From Pseudoalteromonas translucida KMM 520 (lineage in GTDB: Bacteria > Pseudomonadota > Gammaproteobacteria > Enterobacterales > Alteromonadaceae): a stretch of DNA of 32,000 nt. The notes below the pieces were generated by a model. The model saw nothing but the letters and a program-made list of their open reading frames with translations. It had not been told where the DNA came from and made no database searches. The stretch's first letter is position 1, and each line of letters opens with the position of its first letter. Both the position numbers and the translations under genes were made by a program. The stretch spans positions 690,001 to 722,000 of the forward strand of contig NZ_CP011035.1 of assembly GCF_001465295.1 (NCBI RefSeq), read 5' to 3'. Positions 16,286-26,350 of the stretch are shown piece after piece.

Positions 16286-18706
16286 TTAAAGTGTGTAGCT
16301 AAAGCTCAATTTAGCATTGCGCTCTTGCCCAGGCATACCGCCTAAAAACATGGCTTTAGAGTAATAACGCTTATTAAATAAATTATTAAGATTTAGCTGC
16401 ATATGCCATTTATCAGTTGTGTACGAAATGGCAGTGTCATAAATTGTATAGCTAGGTACATAACCATCCGGAATCGAAAACGAGCTAGAGTTAGTGCTGC
16501 GGTTATCTACAAAAGTAATACCGCCGCTAATATTTACTGCCTCTGGTAAATTAAACATGTTTGCGTAGTAAGTTACCCAAGTGCTGGCAGTTACATAGGG
16601 CACACCTTTTTGGCGAGTATCGAAACTGCTGCTATTAGGATTACTTTGATCGCGCGCATCTTGGTATACGCCGTTGACGTTTATTTTCCATTTATCGTTT
16701 AAGTAAGCGTTTAAATCAAGCTCCACACCTTTGGTTTCTTCCTTACCATTATAAAAGCTTTCAACTACACCCTCTGCAGATACACCCGCTTCATAAAGAG
16801 GATTAGCATACTCTAAATTAGTTCGTGCGCTTTCAAATACCACAATAGAGGCTAATAACTGATCGTCAAAGGCCTTAAAGCGAAATCCTAAATCGTTACT
16901 TAACGATTCAGAATCTTCTCTGTCGGCTTCATTACCACTTACAGAGCCTAAAACACTGTAGGCTGTACGCCCTTTAGAATGATTAACAAATATCGAAAAA
17001 TCTTCAGTTGGCTGATAAGTTGCACCTAAATTATAGGTTAAACCACTGTCTGATGTATTTGCCTCAGGTGTTGGGTTTGCACGGCTTGAACTGTAGCGCT
17101 CATCTACACCTAAATGCTCGTAACTTTGTTTAATGCGGTTATAGGCAACCCCAATACGTGTAGTAAGGGCTTCATTAATATAGCTTACATGTTGAATACC
17201 TACCCCCCAAGCTTGTACTTTTTTATTATAGTCGCTGGTTTTAAGTGGGTCGTAATCGGCAAAGTTACCGGTTGGCCAGTTAGGCTCTCGTATATCGTAA
17301 ATGTAGGGCAGTGTGCCTTGGTAAAGTAAGTTACCGTCGCTATCGTTGATCACTTTATCGGCATCATAAATAGAGTACTGTTTAAAGCCAATATCTCTAT
17401 CTTCATAATTAGCGTTTACTAATAACTCGTTGTCTATATCGGCTACTGAAAAGTCGTAACGCAAATCGGCAAAGTACTGCCACGACTTCTCGTCGGCCTC
17501 CACTTGTCGATACTCTTGGCGGCGTGCTGCAAACGGGTAAAGTACACCGTCTTCAACTAGTGGCGCGCGCGGATCTTGATTTATTACTCCACTGCGGGTT
17601 GAATACACGTAATTATAAGCCCCGGTTTGACGAGCAAAGCTTGAGGTGTAATTACGATACTGCAATTGTTGATTTAAAAACAAATCATCGGTAATAAAGT
17701 AGTTGTGGGTTAATTTAAAACGCAGCTCCTCACCTTCGTTATCTTTAGCCATAGGTGAAATAATACCATTAGTACCAAAGCTGTAAGGCGTTAAACCATC
17801 TGAAGACGATAATGAATTTGCAAGCTCAATGCGCTGCGCTTCAGATAATTGCAAGCCATTGCCAGACGGATCATTTACTAAATCAGCACCGGTTACTTGA
17901 TCAGACGTTAGTCCATTTACCGAATTTGCATCGTAAATACGAATAGGGTGACCAATTGAATCCACTGCAATGGCATCTTTAATGTAGGCCGCGGAGAGCA
18001 TAATATTTTGTTTGTTATCGAATACATATTTAAGCGAGGTATAAATTTCGTCGCGATCTTCTTTTAAGTCACGAAAACCGGCACTAGAAGCCGTTTTAGC
18101 CATGACTCTGTAGGCTAAATTATCGGTTATAGCATTGGTGCTATCAATCGAAAGTGCATAACTATCCCACTGGCCAAGCTCTACGCCCACTTTATGTTTT
18201 TCGTTAAACTCAGGCTTTTTTTCAATAAGGTTTATTACGCCACCAGCGCTACCAATGCCATATAAACCAGTAGCAGGGCCTTTTAGTACCTCAACCGATT
18301 CAACATTAGTAAGCGAACGAGTCGGGTTAAAGGTATTACCTAGCCCCGCACCGCCATACATGCCGTCGTAGGTGTAATTGGCATCTAAGCCGCGAATAAC
18401 TAAATTATCGCCAATACCGTAGTTATTGCCGGCTTGAGTTAAACCACTTACGTTGCGTACTAAATCTTGCAGGCTATTAACCCCTTGTGATTCTATAAGT
18501 TCACGGTCAATAATAACCACAGGAGCTGGGGTTTCCATTAACGACATATTTGACTTAGTAGCTAGGCCAGAACTCATAACAACACGGTTTTGTTTTTCGT
18601 AAACGCTAATGTGCTCTATGTTGTCTTCAACTTTTATGTCATCGGCAAAGGCTAATTGCGCATTTAAACAAGCAAGGGTAAGTAAAGAATATTTAAAGTT
18701 ATGCAT
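16286..18706 (-). CDS. TonB-dependent siderophore-type outer-membrane receptor
   Basis: I prefer the start at MHNFKYSLLTLACLNAQLAFA (ATG 18706), which gives a signal peptide. The plug has LIESQGVNSLQDLVRNVSGL and VIRG, with VEVLKGPA also present. The barrel ends KLSFSYTL. A Fur-box-like site lies upstream. Confidence 0.9.
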   Translation of the reverse strand: MHNFKYSLLTLACLNAQLAFADDIKVEDNIEHISVYEKQNRVVMSSGLATKSNMSLMETPAPVVIIDRELIESQGVNSLQDLVRNVSGLTQAGNNYGIGDNLVIRGLDANYTYDGMYGGAGLGNTFNPTRSLTNVESVEVLKGPATGLYGIGSAGGVINLIEKKPEFNEKHKVGVELGQWDSYALSIDSTNAITDNLAYRVMAKTASSAGFRDLKEDRDEIYTSLKYVFDNKQNIMLSAAYIKDAIAVDSIGHPIRIYDANSVNGLTSDQVTGADLVNDPSGNGLQLSEAQRIELANSLSSSDGLTPYSFGTNGIISPMAKDNEGEELRFKLTHNYFITDDLFLNQQLQYRNYTSSFARQTGAYNYVYSTRSGVINQDPRAPLVEDGVLYPFAARRQEYRQVEADEKSWQYFADLRYDFSVADIDNELLVNANYEDRDIGFKQYSIYDADKVINDSDGNLLYQGTLPYIYDIREPNWPTGNFADYDPLKTSDYNKKVQAWGVGIQHVSYINEALTTRIGVAYNRIKQSYEHLGVDERYSSSRANPTPEANTSDSGLTYNLGATYQPTEDFSIFVNHSKGRTAYSVLGSVSGNEADREDSESLSNDLGFRFKAFDDQLLASIVVFESARTNLEYANPLYEAGVSAEGVVESFYNGKEETKGVELDLNAYLNDKWKINVNGVYQDARDQSNPNSSSFDTRQKGVPYVTASTWVTYYANMFNLPEAVNISGGITFVDNRSTNSSSFSIPDGYVPSYTIYDTAISYTTDKWHMQLNLNNLFNKRYYSKAMFLGGMPGQERNAKLSFSYTL

Positions 18707-18740
18707 ATAATGGTAAGTATTCGTATTTAACAAGTTTCAC

Positions 18741-18760
18741 GAATGATAATGGTTATCGTT
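18741..18760 (-). promoter_or_regulatory. Fur-box-like operator upstream of the siderophore receptor
   Basis: The site is gaATGATAATggTTATCgtt. The core ATGATAATGGTTATC matches the Fur consensus segment ATGATAATCATTATC at 13/15. It lies 35-54 nt upstream of the ATG at 18706. Confidence 0.6.
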
Positions 18761-18935
18761 ATACAAATAAATAAAAAGTTTTAAAAAAACCTTAATAACA
18801 ATCTGTTTGCTGGTTTTTTAAGCGAGCTGGAGTTAGCAAGCGTAACTTATGCTTTTTAAATGCACGATTATCTTTTTCAGCCTAAGTTGGTCAGAGTTTC
18901 AGCTATTAATTGTTTAGGCATAAAAATTATTTAGA

Positions 18936-18974
18936 CTTAAAATAAAGGCCCGCTATAAACTAAAAGCGAGCCTT
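18936..18974 (-). terminator. Rho-independent terminator after the amidohydrolase gene
   Basis: The stem aaggcccgct (18945-18954) / agcgagcctt (18965-18974) pairs at 9 of 10 positions. On the minus strand it is followed by TTTATTTT. Confidence 0.65.
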
Positions 18975-18999
18975 ATGTAGATCTACTTAAAAAGAGTTA

Positions 19000-20271
19000 C
19001 TAGTTTTTGTAAACTACCCCTGCTTTCATTACAAAAGGAATGTGCTCAAGCGTTGCTATATTTTTAAGCGGATTGCCTTTTACTGCAATAATATCGGCTG
19101 CAAAGCCTGTTTTAAGTTGGCCTAATTGCTTATCCATTTTTAATAGCTTTGCGCTATTTACAGTAGATGCTTGAATTGCTTGCAGTTCAGTCATACCAAA
19201 CTCAACCATGCGAGAAAACTGTTTAGCATTATCGCCATGCGGGTAAATAGCAGCATCGGTGCCAAATACCATATTAACGCCGGCGTTAACTGCACGTTTA
19301 AAGCTGTCACGCTGCACCTTAGATACTTGGCGTTCTTTATCTAGATTTTCCTCATCTACACCATTTTGCTCGCCAAAACTCAATGTATATTCGGTATTGT
19401 AAATATCCATTGAGAGCCAAGTGCCATGATCTTTAGCCAGTTTAATTGCCTCGTCATCTAAATAACTGGCATGCTCTACGCTATCAACACCGGCTCTAAT
19501 TGCGGTTTTTATACCATCTGTACCATGAGCATGCGCGGCTACTGGTAAGTCGCGAAGATGCGCTTCATCTACAATGGCTTTCATTTCTTCAAATGAGTAC
19601 TGCTGTGCACCCAATTTAGTCCCTTTTGAAAATACTCCTCCTGTGGCACAAAATTTAATGGCGTTGGCACCGTATTTAATATTTTCGCGCACTTTAACGC
19701 GTACCGCCCATGGACCATCGGCAACGCCTTGCGAGGTATATTTAAGCTCAGGTGGCAAACGGTTGTTATCACAATGGCCGCCGGTAATACCTAAAGAGGG
19801 GCCTGCTGCCCAAATACGAGGGCCAATTATATCGCCTGCATTAATTCCATCGCGTACTGCAATTACGCTGTAACCTTCTGCGCCCACATTACGCACAGTA
19901 GTAAACCCAGCTTCTAGGGTTTTTTTCGCAAAGTATGCTGCTTTTACAGCCATACGCGGTATCGATTGTCCTACACGCTCACTGCGAGGTACCGTTGGAT
20001 CGCTGGTTAAATGCACGTGCATGTCCATTAATCCTGGCATAAGTGTCAGCTCAGGCAGCTTAATATGTTCATCCCCTTTATTAAGCTTAGGCGTTTTATT
20101 GCTATCAATTGCGGTGATCACGCCATTATCTATGGTAACTAGGGGCGACTGTATTAACTTACCACTTTGAACATCAAGCATTGCCTTAGCAGATACATAA
20201 GTAACAGCGTAAGCATTTATACTGTTTAAACATAAAAGTGCGATAGAAGCAGACAGTAGTTGTTTTTTCAT
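19000..20271 (-). CDS. Secreted metal-dependent amidohydrolase (COG1228-like; imidazolonepropionase / Xaa-Pro dipeptidase-related)
   Basis: It has a signal peptide MKKQLLSASIALLCLNSINAYA. The metal-binding HxH is in GLMDMHVHL. Further blocks are IKFCATGG, AAHAHG, SVEH and FGTDA. Confidence 0.85.
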   Translation of the reverse strand: MKKQLLSASIALLCLNSINAYAVTYVSAKAMLDVQSGKLIQSPLVTIDNGVITAIDSNKTPKLNKGDEHIKLPELTLMPGLMDMHVHLTSDPTVPRSERVGQSIPRMAVKAAYFAKKTLEAGFTTVRNVGAEGYSVIAVRDGINAGDIIGPRIWAAGPSLGITGGHCDNNRLPPELKYTSQGVADGPWAVRVKVRENIKYGANAIKFCATGGVFSKGTKLGAQQYSFEEMKAIVDEAHLRDLPVAAHAHGTDGIKTAIRAGVDSVEHASYLDDEAIKLAKDHGTWLSMDIYNTEYTLSFGEQNGVDEENLDKERQVSKVQRDSFKRAVNAGVNMVFGTDAAIYPHGDNAKQFSRMVEFGMTELQAIQASTVNSAKLLKMDKQLGQLKTGFAADIIAVKGNPLKNIATLEHIPFVMKAGVVYKN

Positions 20272-20428
20272 ATTAAGGGATCTTTTATTAGTATTTTAAA
20301 TTAACTCGACTTTACCAAGCTAAACACAAACTGCAAATAAATAGCGATGACTGCAATCTATCGTAATTTCTTTATTTAGTTGATGTAACTACGCATACTC
20401 GTTAAGTAAATATTAACAGGGTATCAGC

Positions 20429-22282
20429 ATGAAATTAATAAACTTGGCGGTTGTAGCCAGTGGTGTACTGCTTGCTTTAAGTGGTTGCACTAATATGAAT
20501 AAAAGTAAGCATGAAAGTAACAACACCAGTGGCCACGCGCAATTAAGCATGGGTAATACTGGCAAAGCAGTGGTGTCAGAGCTCTCAGCGCAGCAACAGC
20601 TTGATGTACTGGTAGCGCAATATTACGATGAATCGCTTATGTTTAGCCCTCTTAGTGCCACTTACAATGGTCGTAATGAGTTTAATAACCAATTTACACC
20701 TATTATTTCATCAGCTAACCGCGATAAAAAAGCCGCTTTTTATAAAAAGTATCAACAGCGCTTAACACTTATTGATAAAGAGCAGCTAGTAGGGCAAGCA
20801 TTATTAAGCTTTGAAGTATTAACCCAAGACTTAGCGCTTAAACTTGAAGGAATGCAATACCCAGATTATTTATTGCCAATTAATCAAATGGCAGGGGCGC
20901 ATAATACCTTTGCAGGTTTTGGCTCGGGACAAAGTGCACAACCTTTTAATACAGTTGAAGATTACACCAACTTTTTAGCCCGAAGTAAGGGCTTTATTAA
21001 CTGGCTTGTAAGTGTGCAAGAATCAATGGCGCAAGGCATAAAGCTTGGCGTAGTGTTACCAACGCCACTGGCTAAAAAGCTGCAACTACAATTTGCAGCA
21101 CATGTGGTAACTGACGCCGAAGACTCACTATTTTGGGCGCCAATTAAAAACTTCCCAGAGTCGTTTACAGCACAGCAAAAGCAACAAATTACAGCACAAT
21201 ATAGAAAATTGATTATAGAGCGTTTAGTACCTGCATATAACAGCATGAGCGAGTTTTTAGCTAATCAATATATTCCTAATAGCCGAGAAAGTGTTGGTTA
21301 TAGCGATTTACCTAACGGTAAAGCGTGGTACGAATACCAAATTAAAAAACACACTACGCTTAGTTTATCTGCTAACGAAATTCATGAGATTGGTTTAAGT
21401 GAAGTAGCGCGCATTTTAAGCGAAATGAAAAAAGTAAAAGCAACCGTAGGTTTTAAAGGTGACTTATCTGCATTTTTTGACCACTTACGTGATTCGGACG
21501 AATTTTATTACAACACCCCTGAAGAGCTAATTGCGGCATATGAAAACGTTAAGAAAAAAATAGATGCGCGTTTGCCACTGCTTTTTAACATAGCACCCAA
21601 AGCGCCATATATTGTAAAAGCGGTAGAAGCTTACAGAGCACAATCGGCTGCGGGCGCATCTTATGCGTCTCCAGCACCGGATGGCTCTCGTCCAGGTGTT
21701 TTTTATATTAATACCTATAACTTAAAGGCGCAGGCTAAGTTTTTACTCGAAACGCTCTCGATTCACGAAGCAGCGCCTGGGCATCACTTTCAAATAGCAT
21801 TACAGCAAGAAATAGATGGCCTGCCAGATTTTCGTAAATTTGGTGGTTACACCGTATTTGCCGAAGGCTGGGCGTTATACGCCGAAAGTTTAGGGAAAGA
21901 GCTGGGCTTATTTACCGACCCTTATATGTGGTATGGGCGTTTGTCAGATGAGCAATTACGCGCCATGCGTTTAGTACTCGATACTGGTTTTCATACAAAA
22001 GGTTGGACGCGTCAGCAGGGTATTGATTACATGCTAGCTAATTCGTCTATGGCTAAAAGTGATGTAATAGCCGAAGTTGAGCGTTACATAGCATGGCCAG
22101 GCCAAGCGTTGTCGTATAAATTAGGGGAGTTTAAAATTAGCGAACTGCGCGACTTCGCACATAAACAGCTAGGTAATAAGTTTGATATTAAAGCGTTTCA
22201 CACGCAAATACTCATAGATGGCGCATTACCTATGCCAATTTTAGAACAGAAAATAAAGCGCTGGGTTAAATCAGAGCAATAA
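20429..22282 (+). CDS. DUF885-family lipoprotein (metallopeptidase-like)
   Basis: 617-aa ORF with a lipobox LALSGC. It carries the conserved DUF885 block SIHEAAPGHHFQ and the sequence EVERYIAWPGQALSYKLG. Confidence 0.8.
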   Translation: MKLINLAVVASGVLLALSGCTNMNKSKHESNNTSGHAQLSMGNTGKAVVSELSAQQQLDVLVAQYYDESLMFSPLSATYNGRNEFNNQFTPIISSANRDKKAAFYKKYQQRLTLIDKEQLVGQALLSFEVLTQDLALKLEGMQYPDYLLPINQMAGAHNTFAGFGSGQSAQPFNTVEDYTNFLARSKGFINWLVSVQESMAQGIKLGVVLPTPLAKKLQLQFAAHVVTDAEDSLFWAPIKNFPESFTAQQKQQITAQYRKLIIERLVPAYNSMSEFLANQYIPNSRESVGYSDLPNGKAWYEYQIKKHTTLSLSANEIHEIGLSEVARILSEMKKVKATVGFKGDLSAFFDHLRDSDEFYYNTPEELIAAYENVKKKIDARLPLLFNIAPKAPYIVKAVEAYRAQSAAGASYASPAPDGSRPGVFYINTYNLKAQAKFLLETLSIHEAAPGHHFQIALQQEIDGLPDFRKFGGYTVFAEGWALYAESLGKELGLFTDPYMWYGRLSDEQLRAMRLVLDTGFHTKGWTRQQGIDYMLANSSMAKSDVIAEVERYIAWPGQALSYKLGEFKISELRDFAHKQLGNKFDIKAFHTQILIDGALPMPILEQKIKRWVKSEQ

Positions 22283-22318
22283 TGCTTAGGCAAAGCCTTT
22301 ACCAGCACGGTATTGGCT

Positions 22319-22347
22319 TTGCGCCATTTGCAGCAATACGGTAGAAT
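22319..22347 (+). promoter_or_regulatory. Predicted sigma70 promoter for ycgN
   Basis: TTGCGC (22319-22324), a 17-nt spacer, then TAGAAT (22342-22347). It lies 29 nt upstream of the ATG at 22376. Confidence 0.4.
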
Positions 22348-22375
22348 GCGCGCTCTTTAGGGGCGCGAGTACATT

Positions 22376-22888
22376 ATGTTTGATCAACAATTAGCAAATA
22401 CACAATTTTGGCTTGAAAAAAGCCTAAGCGACATGAACCAAAATGAATGGGAAGCCATTTGTGACGGCTGCGGAAAATGCTGCTTAAATACCTTTATTGA
22501 TAGCGAAGATGAAGATGAATTTACCGCCACCGATCAATTACGCGAAGGTGAGCAGTTAATATTTACTAATATTGTGTGTCAGTATCTCGATAATAATACC
22601 TGTGGTTGTAGCGAATACGAAAATCGTCAAACGCTGGTTCCATCTTGTGTAAAACTTACCAAAGAAAACCTCAAAGATATCTTTTTTATGCCACAAAGTT
22701 GCAGCTACCGCCGTTTGCACGAAGGACGAGGATTAGCCTCGTGGCATCCGCTGTTAAATAATGGCGACAAAACAAAAATGCATCAGCAAGGCATTTCGGT
22801 AAAAGACAAAACAGTAAAAGATTGCGACGTTAAGCTCGACGACTTTGACCTATATATAGCCGAGTGGCCAACCAAGGATAGCGATTAA
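22376..22888 (+). CDS. ycgN: YcgN (UPF0260) cysteine-cluster protein
   Basis: FWLEKSLSDMNQNEWEAICDGCGKCCLN...CQYLD...C.C..YENR...CVKLTKENL...SCSYRRLHEGRGLASWHPL is collinear with E. coli YcgN. Confidence 0.9.
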   Translation: MFDQQLANTQFWLEKSLSDMNQNEWEAICDGCGKCCLNTFIDSEDEDEFTATDQLREGEQLIFTNIVCQYLDNNTCGCSEYENRQTLVPSCVKLTKENLKDIFFMPQSCSYRRLHEGRGLASWHPLLNNGDKTKMHQQGISVKDKTVKDCDVKLDDFDLYIAEWPTKDSD

Positions 22889-23400
22889 TGAGCAAGCAAC
22901 AGGCTGTTATTGGTTTATTAAATCCCAAAAGCCCAACTAATGTGGGCGGTGTATTACGTGCTGCAGGTTGCTATGATGCGCAGCAGGTGTTTTTTACCGG
23001 AAACCGTTATTTAAATGCACAAAAATTTCATACCGATACAAAAAATGTGGTTGAGCGAATTTCACTAACGGCCACCGATAATTTAGAAAAGGTAAAGCCA
23101 CAAGGTGCCACGGTTGTGGTTATTGAGCTAATTGAAGGTGCTACGCCACTGCCTGAGTTTACCCACCCAGAAAATGCATTTTATGTGTTTGGCCCAGAGG
23201 ATGGCTCAGTGTCTAAAGAGGTTTTAAAGTGGGCCGACGAAGTAGTGTACATTCCTACTATTGGCTGCATGAACCTCGCTGCCACTTGTAACGTGGTGCT
23301 ATACGACCGCTTAGCAAAACTAGGCGGCGTAGAGAGCAGCGATACTACAATTATCAATTCGCGCGATACCAATAATAAAATGAAATGGGAAAAAGCATAG
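22888..23400 (+). CDS. SpoU/TrmH-family RNA 2'-O-methyltransferase
   Basis: 170-aa ORF. SPOUT motifs are present: NVGGVLRAAG, FVFGPEDGSVS and IPTIGCMNLAATCNVVLYD. The start overlaps the ycgN stop (TAATG). Confidence 0.8.
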   Translation: MSKQQAVIGLLNPKSPTNVGGVLRAAGCYDAQQVFFTGNRYLNAQKFHTDTKNVVERISLTATDNLEKVKPQGATVVVIELIEGATPLPEFTHPENAFYVFGPEDGSVSKEVLKWADEVVYIPTIGCMNLAATCNVVLYDRLAKLGGVESSDTTIINSRDTNNKMKWEKA

Positions 23401-23468
23401 CGTTTTAGTCGCTGTGCAGCGTATTTTAAAACGACATAAATTCCCCGTAGTTAAGTGCAATCAGTAAT

Positions 23469-23494
23469 AAGCCTCGTAAGGGGCTTGTATTCTT
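23469..23494 (+). terminator. Probable terminator hairpin with a GNRA loop after the methyltransferase gene
   Basis: aagcctc-gtaa-ggggctt forms a 7-bp stem including one G-U pair. It is followed by gtattctt, an imperfect U-tract. Confidence 0.45.
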
Positions 23495-23679
23495 AAGTAC
23501 ATAATTTAAACAACACACCTTAATCTCCTCCGTTCTTTTCAAGTTCATGAATAATCATAATTAAGCCTTTATTACTGTTTTAGCTTTTTTGTTGCTTGTA
23601 AGTTTTAATAACTAAGACATTTAGTTAAATATTTGCTAAAACTGTACGTGCTAATAATAACAACTAAAAAAGGGCACTT

Positions 23680-25569
23680 ATGCTTGGCTCGTTAAAATTT
23701 ACCTCTAAGGTCACTATTGCTGCATCACTGGTATTAGTATTGGTACTTGGTGTTTTTACAATTAATAACTATGTATCTATGCGTAATCAAACCGAGCAGC
23801 AACTTGCTCTTGTACTGCAACAAAGTTCAGAATCTGTTTCGCAAAACATTGCTAATTGGCTAAACGACAAACTGGCAATTGTTATAGCCATAGCAAAAAC
23901 GCACCAATCTAGTGACAGCAAAGCACTTACCCTTACACAGCTTAATACCGCTGAGTTGGCCGGAAACTTTAAAAATACCTATATTGGTAAATCCAATGGC
24001 GTGTTTATATTAAACGATCAAAGTGTAGTATTGCCCGCTGATTTTGATGCCACGTCTCGCCCTTGGTACAAGCTAGTAGAAAACAAAGCCAATACTGCGT
24101 TTACTACCCCCTATATAGATGTAACCAGCAATGAACTTACTATATCTGCGGTTGTGCCGATGCAGCAAAATGAGCAGTTTATTGGCGTAGCCGGCGCCGA
24201 CATAGAAATGAGCATTATTACAAAAATTATAAACGATATAGACTTTTTAGGCTTAGGTTACGGCTTTTTAATAGACAGTAACGGCCAAGTGTTAAGCCAC
24301 CCTAACAGAGCGCTTAATTTAAAAAACACTACTGAGTTATTTGGTACCCATACAGCTTTACAAAGCGAATTTACAGAGTATCAAGTGGCAGGGCAAAGTA
24401 AGCTTATATCGTATACAAAAATACGCGGTATAGAAAATGTTGACTGGTACTTAGGCGTGGTAATCGATAAAGATAAAGCCTTTGCCAGTGTGTCGGCCTT
24501 TGGTAAAACGGCCGCTATATATATGCTTATTGGTATCGTTGTTATCATTATTATGATGCAACTATTATTGCGCTATTTAATGCGCCCAATGCAGCGATTA
24601 AACGACGCTATTAAAAACATTGCCCAAGGTGAAGGCGACCTAACGTGTAGATTAGAAGTTGAAAATGAAGACGAGTTTGGCGAGTTAAGTCATTCTTTTA
24701 ATTTATTTATTGAAAAAATACAGCACTCTATTGAACAAGTAAAACACACCACAGAGTCATTAGATGTGGCTATTTCGAGTTTAGTGGCACAAACCGATTC
24801 AACATTATTAATGTACGAAGACCAAACTAAACGCACCGACAGTGTAGCTACCGCAATTAATCAGTTTTCTGCCACCGCAATGGAAATATCAAACAGTGCT
24901 GAGCGTGCCTCTAAGTTAGCTAAAAATGCCGTTCAGCACTCAGCGCAAAACCAGCAAACACTCAGTAATAACGTGGCCAGTATTCATCAGTTATCAAAAA
25001 ATATGGAACAGGCACAGCAAACTATTAATAGCTTAAATGTGCATACAGCCAGCATTGGCCAAGTACTTGAGGTAATTAAAGGCGTAAGCGAGCAAACAAA
25101 TTTACTTGCCCTTAATGCCGCAATAGAAGCTGCACGGGCTGGTGAAGCTGGGCGTGGTTTTGCTGTGGTTGCCGATGAAGTTCGCCAATTAGCGCATCGA
25201 ACCCAGCAATCAACCCAAGAAATAGAAGACACCGTAAGCCAATTACAAAAAGGCTCTAATTTAGCGGTAGAACTAATGAAAACCAGTTTAAGCGACAGTG
25301 AAACAAGCGTGCAACAAGCCGATGCGGTAGGTGTTGTAATGCAACAGATTATAGATGCAATACAAAAAATTAGCGATGCGAATCATGTTGTTGCTAGTGC
25401 AACCGATGAGCAAAATCAGGTTGTTAAGTCTCTCGATTCAGACATTCATAATATAAGTGAGCTTTCAATACAGGGCAAAGCTAATTTAAACCGTACCTTG
25501 GATGAATGCACCAAGCTTAAACAACAATTTAGTGATTTAGAGCGCATGGTTAAAAAGTTTAAAGTTTAA
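23680..25569 (+). CDS. Methyl-accepting chemotaxis protein with a periplasmic dCache-like sensor and HAMP domain
   Basis: Two TM segments flank a Cache-like region of about 250 aa (RPWYKL..., [10 protein letters not shown]). HAMP follows ([22 protein letters not shown]). The highly conserved signalling hairpin is [38 protein letters not shown]. Confidence 0.93.
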   Translation: MLGSLKFTSKVTIAASLVLVLVLGVFTINNYVSMRNQTEQQLALVLQQSSESVSQNIANWLNDKLAIVIAIAKTHQSSDSKALTLTQLNTAELAGNFKNTYIGKSNGVFILNDQSVVLPADFDATSRPWYKLVENKANTAFTTPYIDVTSNELTISAVVPMQQNEQFIGVAGADIEMSIITKIINDIDFLGLGYGFLIDSNGQVLSHPNRALNLKNTTELFGTHTALQSEFTEYQVAGQSKLISYTKIRGIENVDWYLGVVIDKDKAFASVSAFGKTAAIYMLIGIVVIIIMMQLLLRYLMRPMQRLNDAIKNIAQGEGDLTCRLEVENEDEFGELSHSFNLFIEKIQHSIEQVKHTTESLDVAISSLVAQTDSTLLMYEDQTKRTDSVATAINQFSATAMEISNSAERASKLAKNAVQHSAQNQQTLSNNVASIHQLSKNMEQAQQTINSLNVHTASIGQVLEVIKGVSEQTNLLALNAAIEAARAGEAGRGFAVVADEVRQLAHRTQQSTQEIEDTVSQLQKGSNLAVELMKTSLSDSETSVQQADAVGVVMQQIIDAIQKISDANHVVASATDEQNQVVKSLDSDIHNISELSIQGKANLNRTLDECTKLKQQFSDLERMVKKFKV

Positions 25570-25665
25570 AAACAATCGCTAACAGCAGTTTAGCTATTAA
25601 CCATTATAGTATGTGTAAATGCTGGTGGCTTACATTAAGCACGAGCTGTTAATGCGGAGGAGCAA

Positions 25666-26280
25666 ATGGCTCAAAGTAAACTTGTTTATGTACACGACCC
25701 TATGTGCAGTTGGTGCTGGGGTTATGCACCAAGCTGGCTTAAATTAAAAGCCGCTCTTGAGAGTAAACTAGTGGTTGAATACAAAGTCGGGGGGCTTGCT
25801 CCTGATAGCCAAGATCCTATGCCACAAAACATGCAGGATATGCTACAAAACACCTGGCAAAAAATAGCAGCGCAATTGGGGACTGAGTTTAATTTTGACT
25901 TTTGGCGCAACTGTAAACCAAGGCGCTCAACGTATCCTGCGTGTAGAGCGGCGCTTATTGCGCGTAAAGCGGGCAAAGAAAGTGCAATGGTTGCAGCCAT
26001 TCAGCAAGCCTATTATTTAAATGCTCAAAACCCCTCAGATGAAAGTACATTAATTAGCTTAGCCGAGCAAATAGGTTTAAATAAAGCGCAGTTTGCAAAT
26101 AGGCTTCAATCAAAAGAGCTTAATGATGAGTTAATTGCAGAGATTAATTATGTACATAGTTTACCTATTCAGGGTTTTCCATCTTTAGTGCTTATTAATG
26201 AGGGTAGCGCGTACCCAATAGCAATAAACTACACCGACTGGCAAAAAACATTAAACCAAATTAATGCTATTTTAAGCTAA
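25666..26280 (+). CDS. DsbA-family thioredoxin-fold protein (CxxC = CSWC)
   Basis: 204-aa ORF. The N-terminal VYVHDPMCSWCWG motif is typical of the COG3531-like DsbA family. A GGAGG RBS lies upstream. Confidence 0.8.
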   Translation: MAQSKLVYVHDPMCSWCWGYAPSWLKLKAALESKLVVEYKVGGLAPDSQDPMPQNMQDMLQNTWQKIAAQLGTEFNFDFWRNCKPRRSTYPACRAALIARKAGKESAMVAAIQQAYYLNAQNPSDESTLISLAEQIGLNKAQFANRLQSKELNDELIAEINYVHSLPIQGFPSLVLINEGSAYPIAINYTDWQKTLNQINAILS

Positions 26281-26350
26281 ATAACGTGAACACGGGTTAA
26301 GTATTGCTAAATTGTGCGTGTTTGCTTGTCAAACACTCACTCCTCTTATA

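Noticed and set aside
22291-22321. The hairpin caaagcc-N17-ggctttg after the DUF885 gene, considered as a terminator.
   Set aside because: The loop is 17 nt and there is no U-tract. At best it is a weak structure, and it overlaps the predicted ycgN -35 region.
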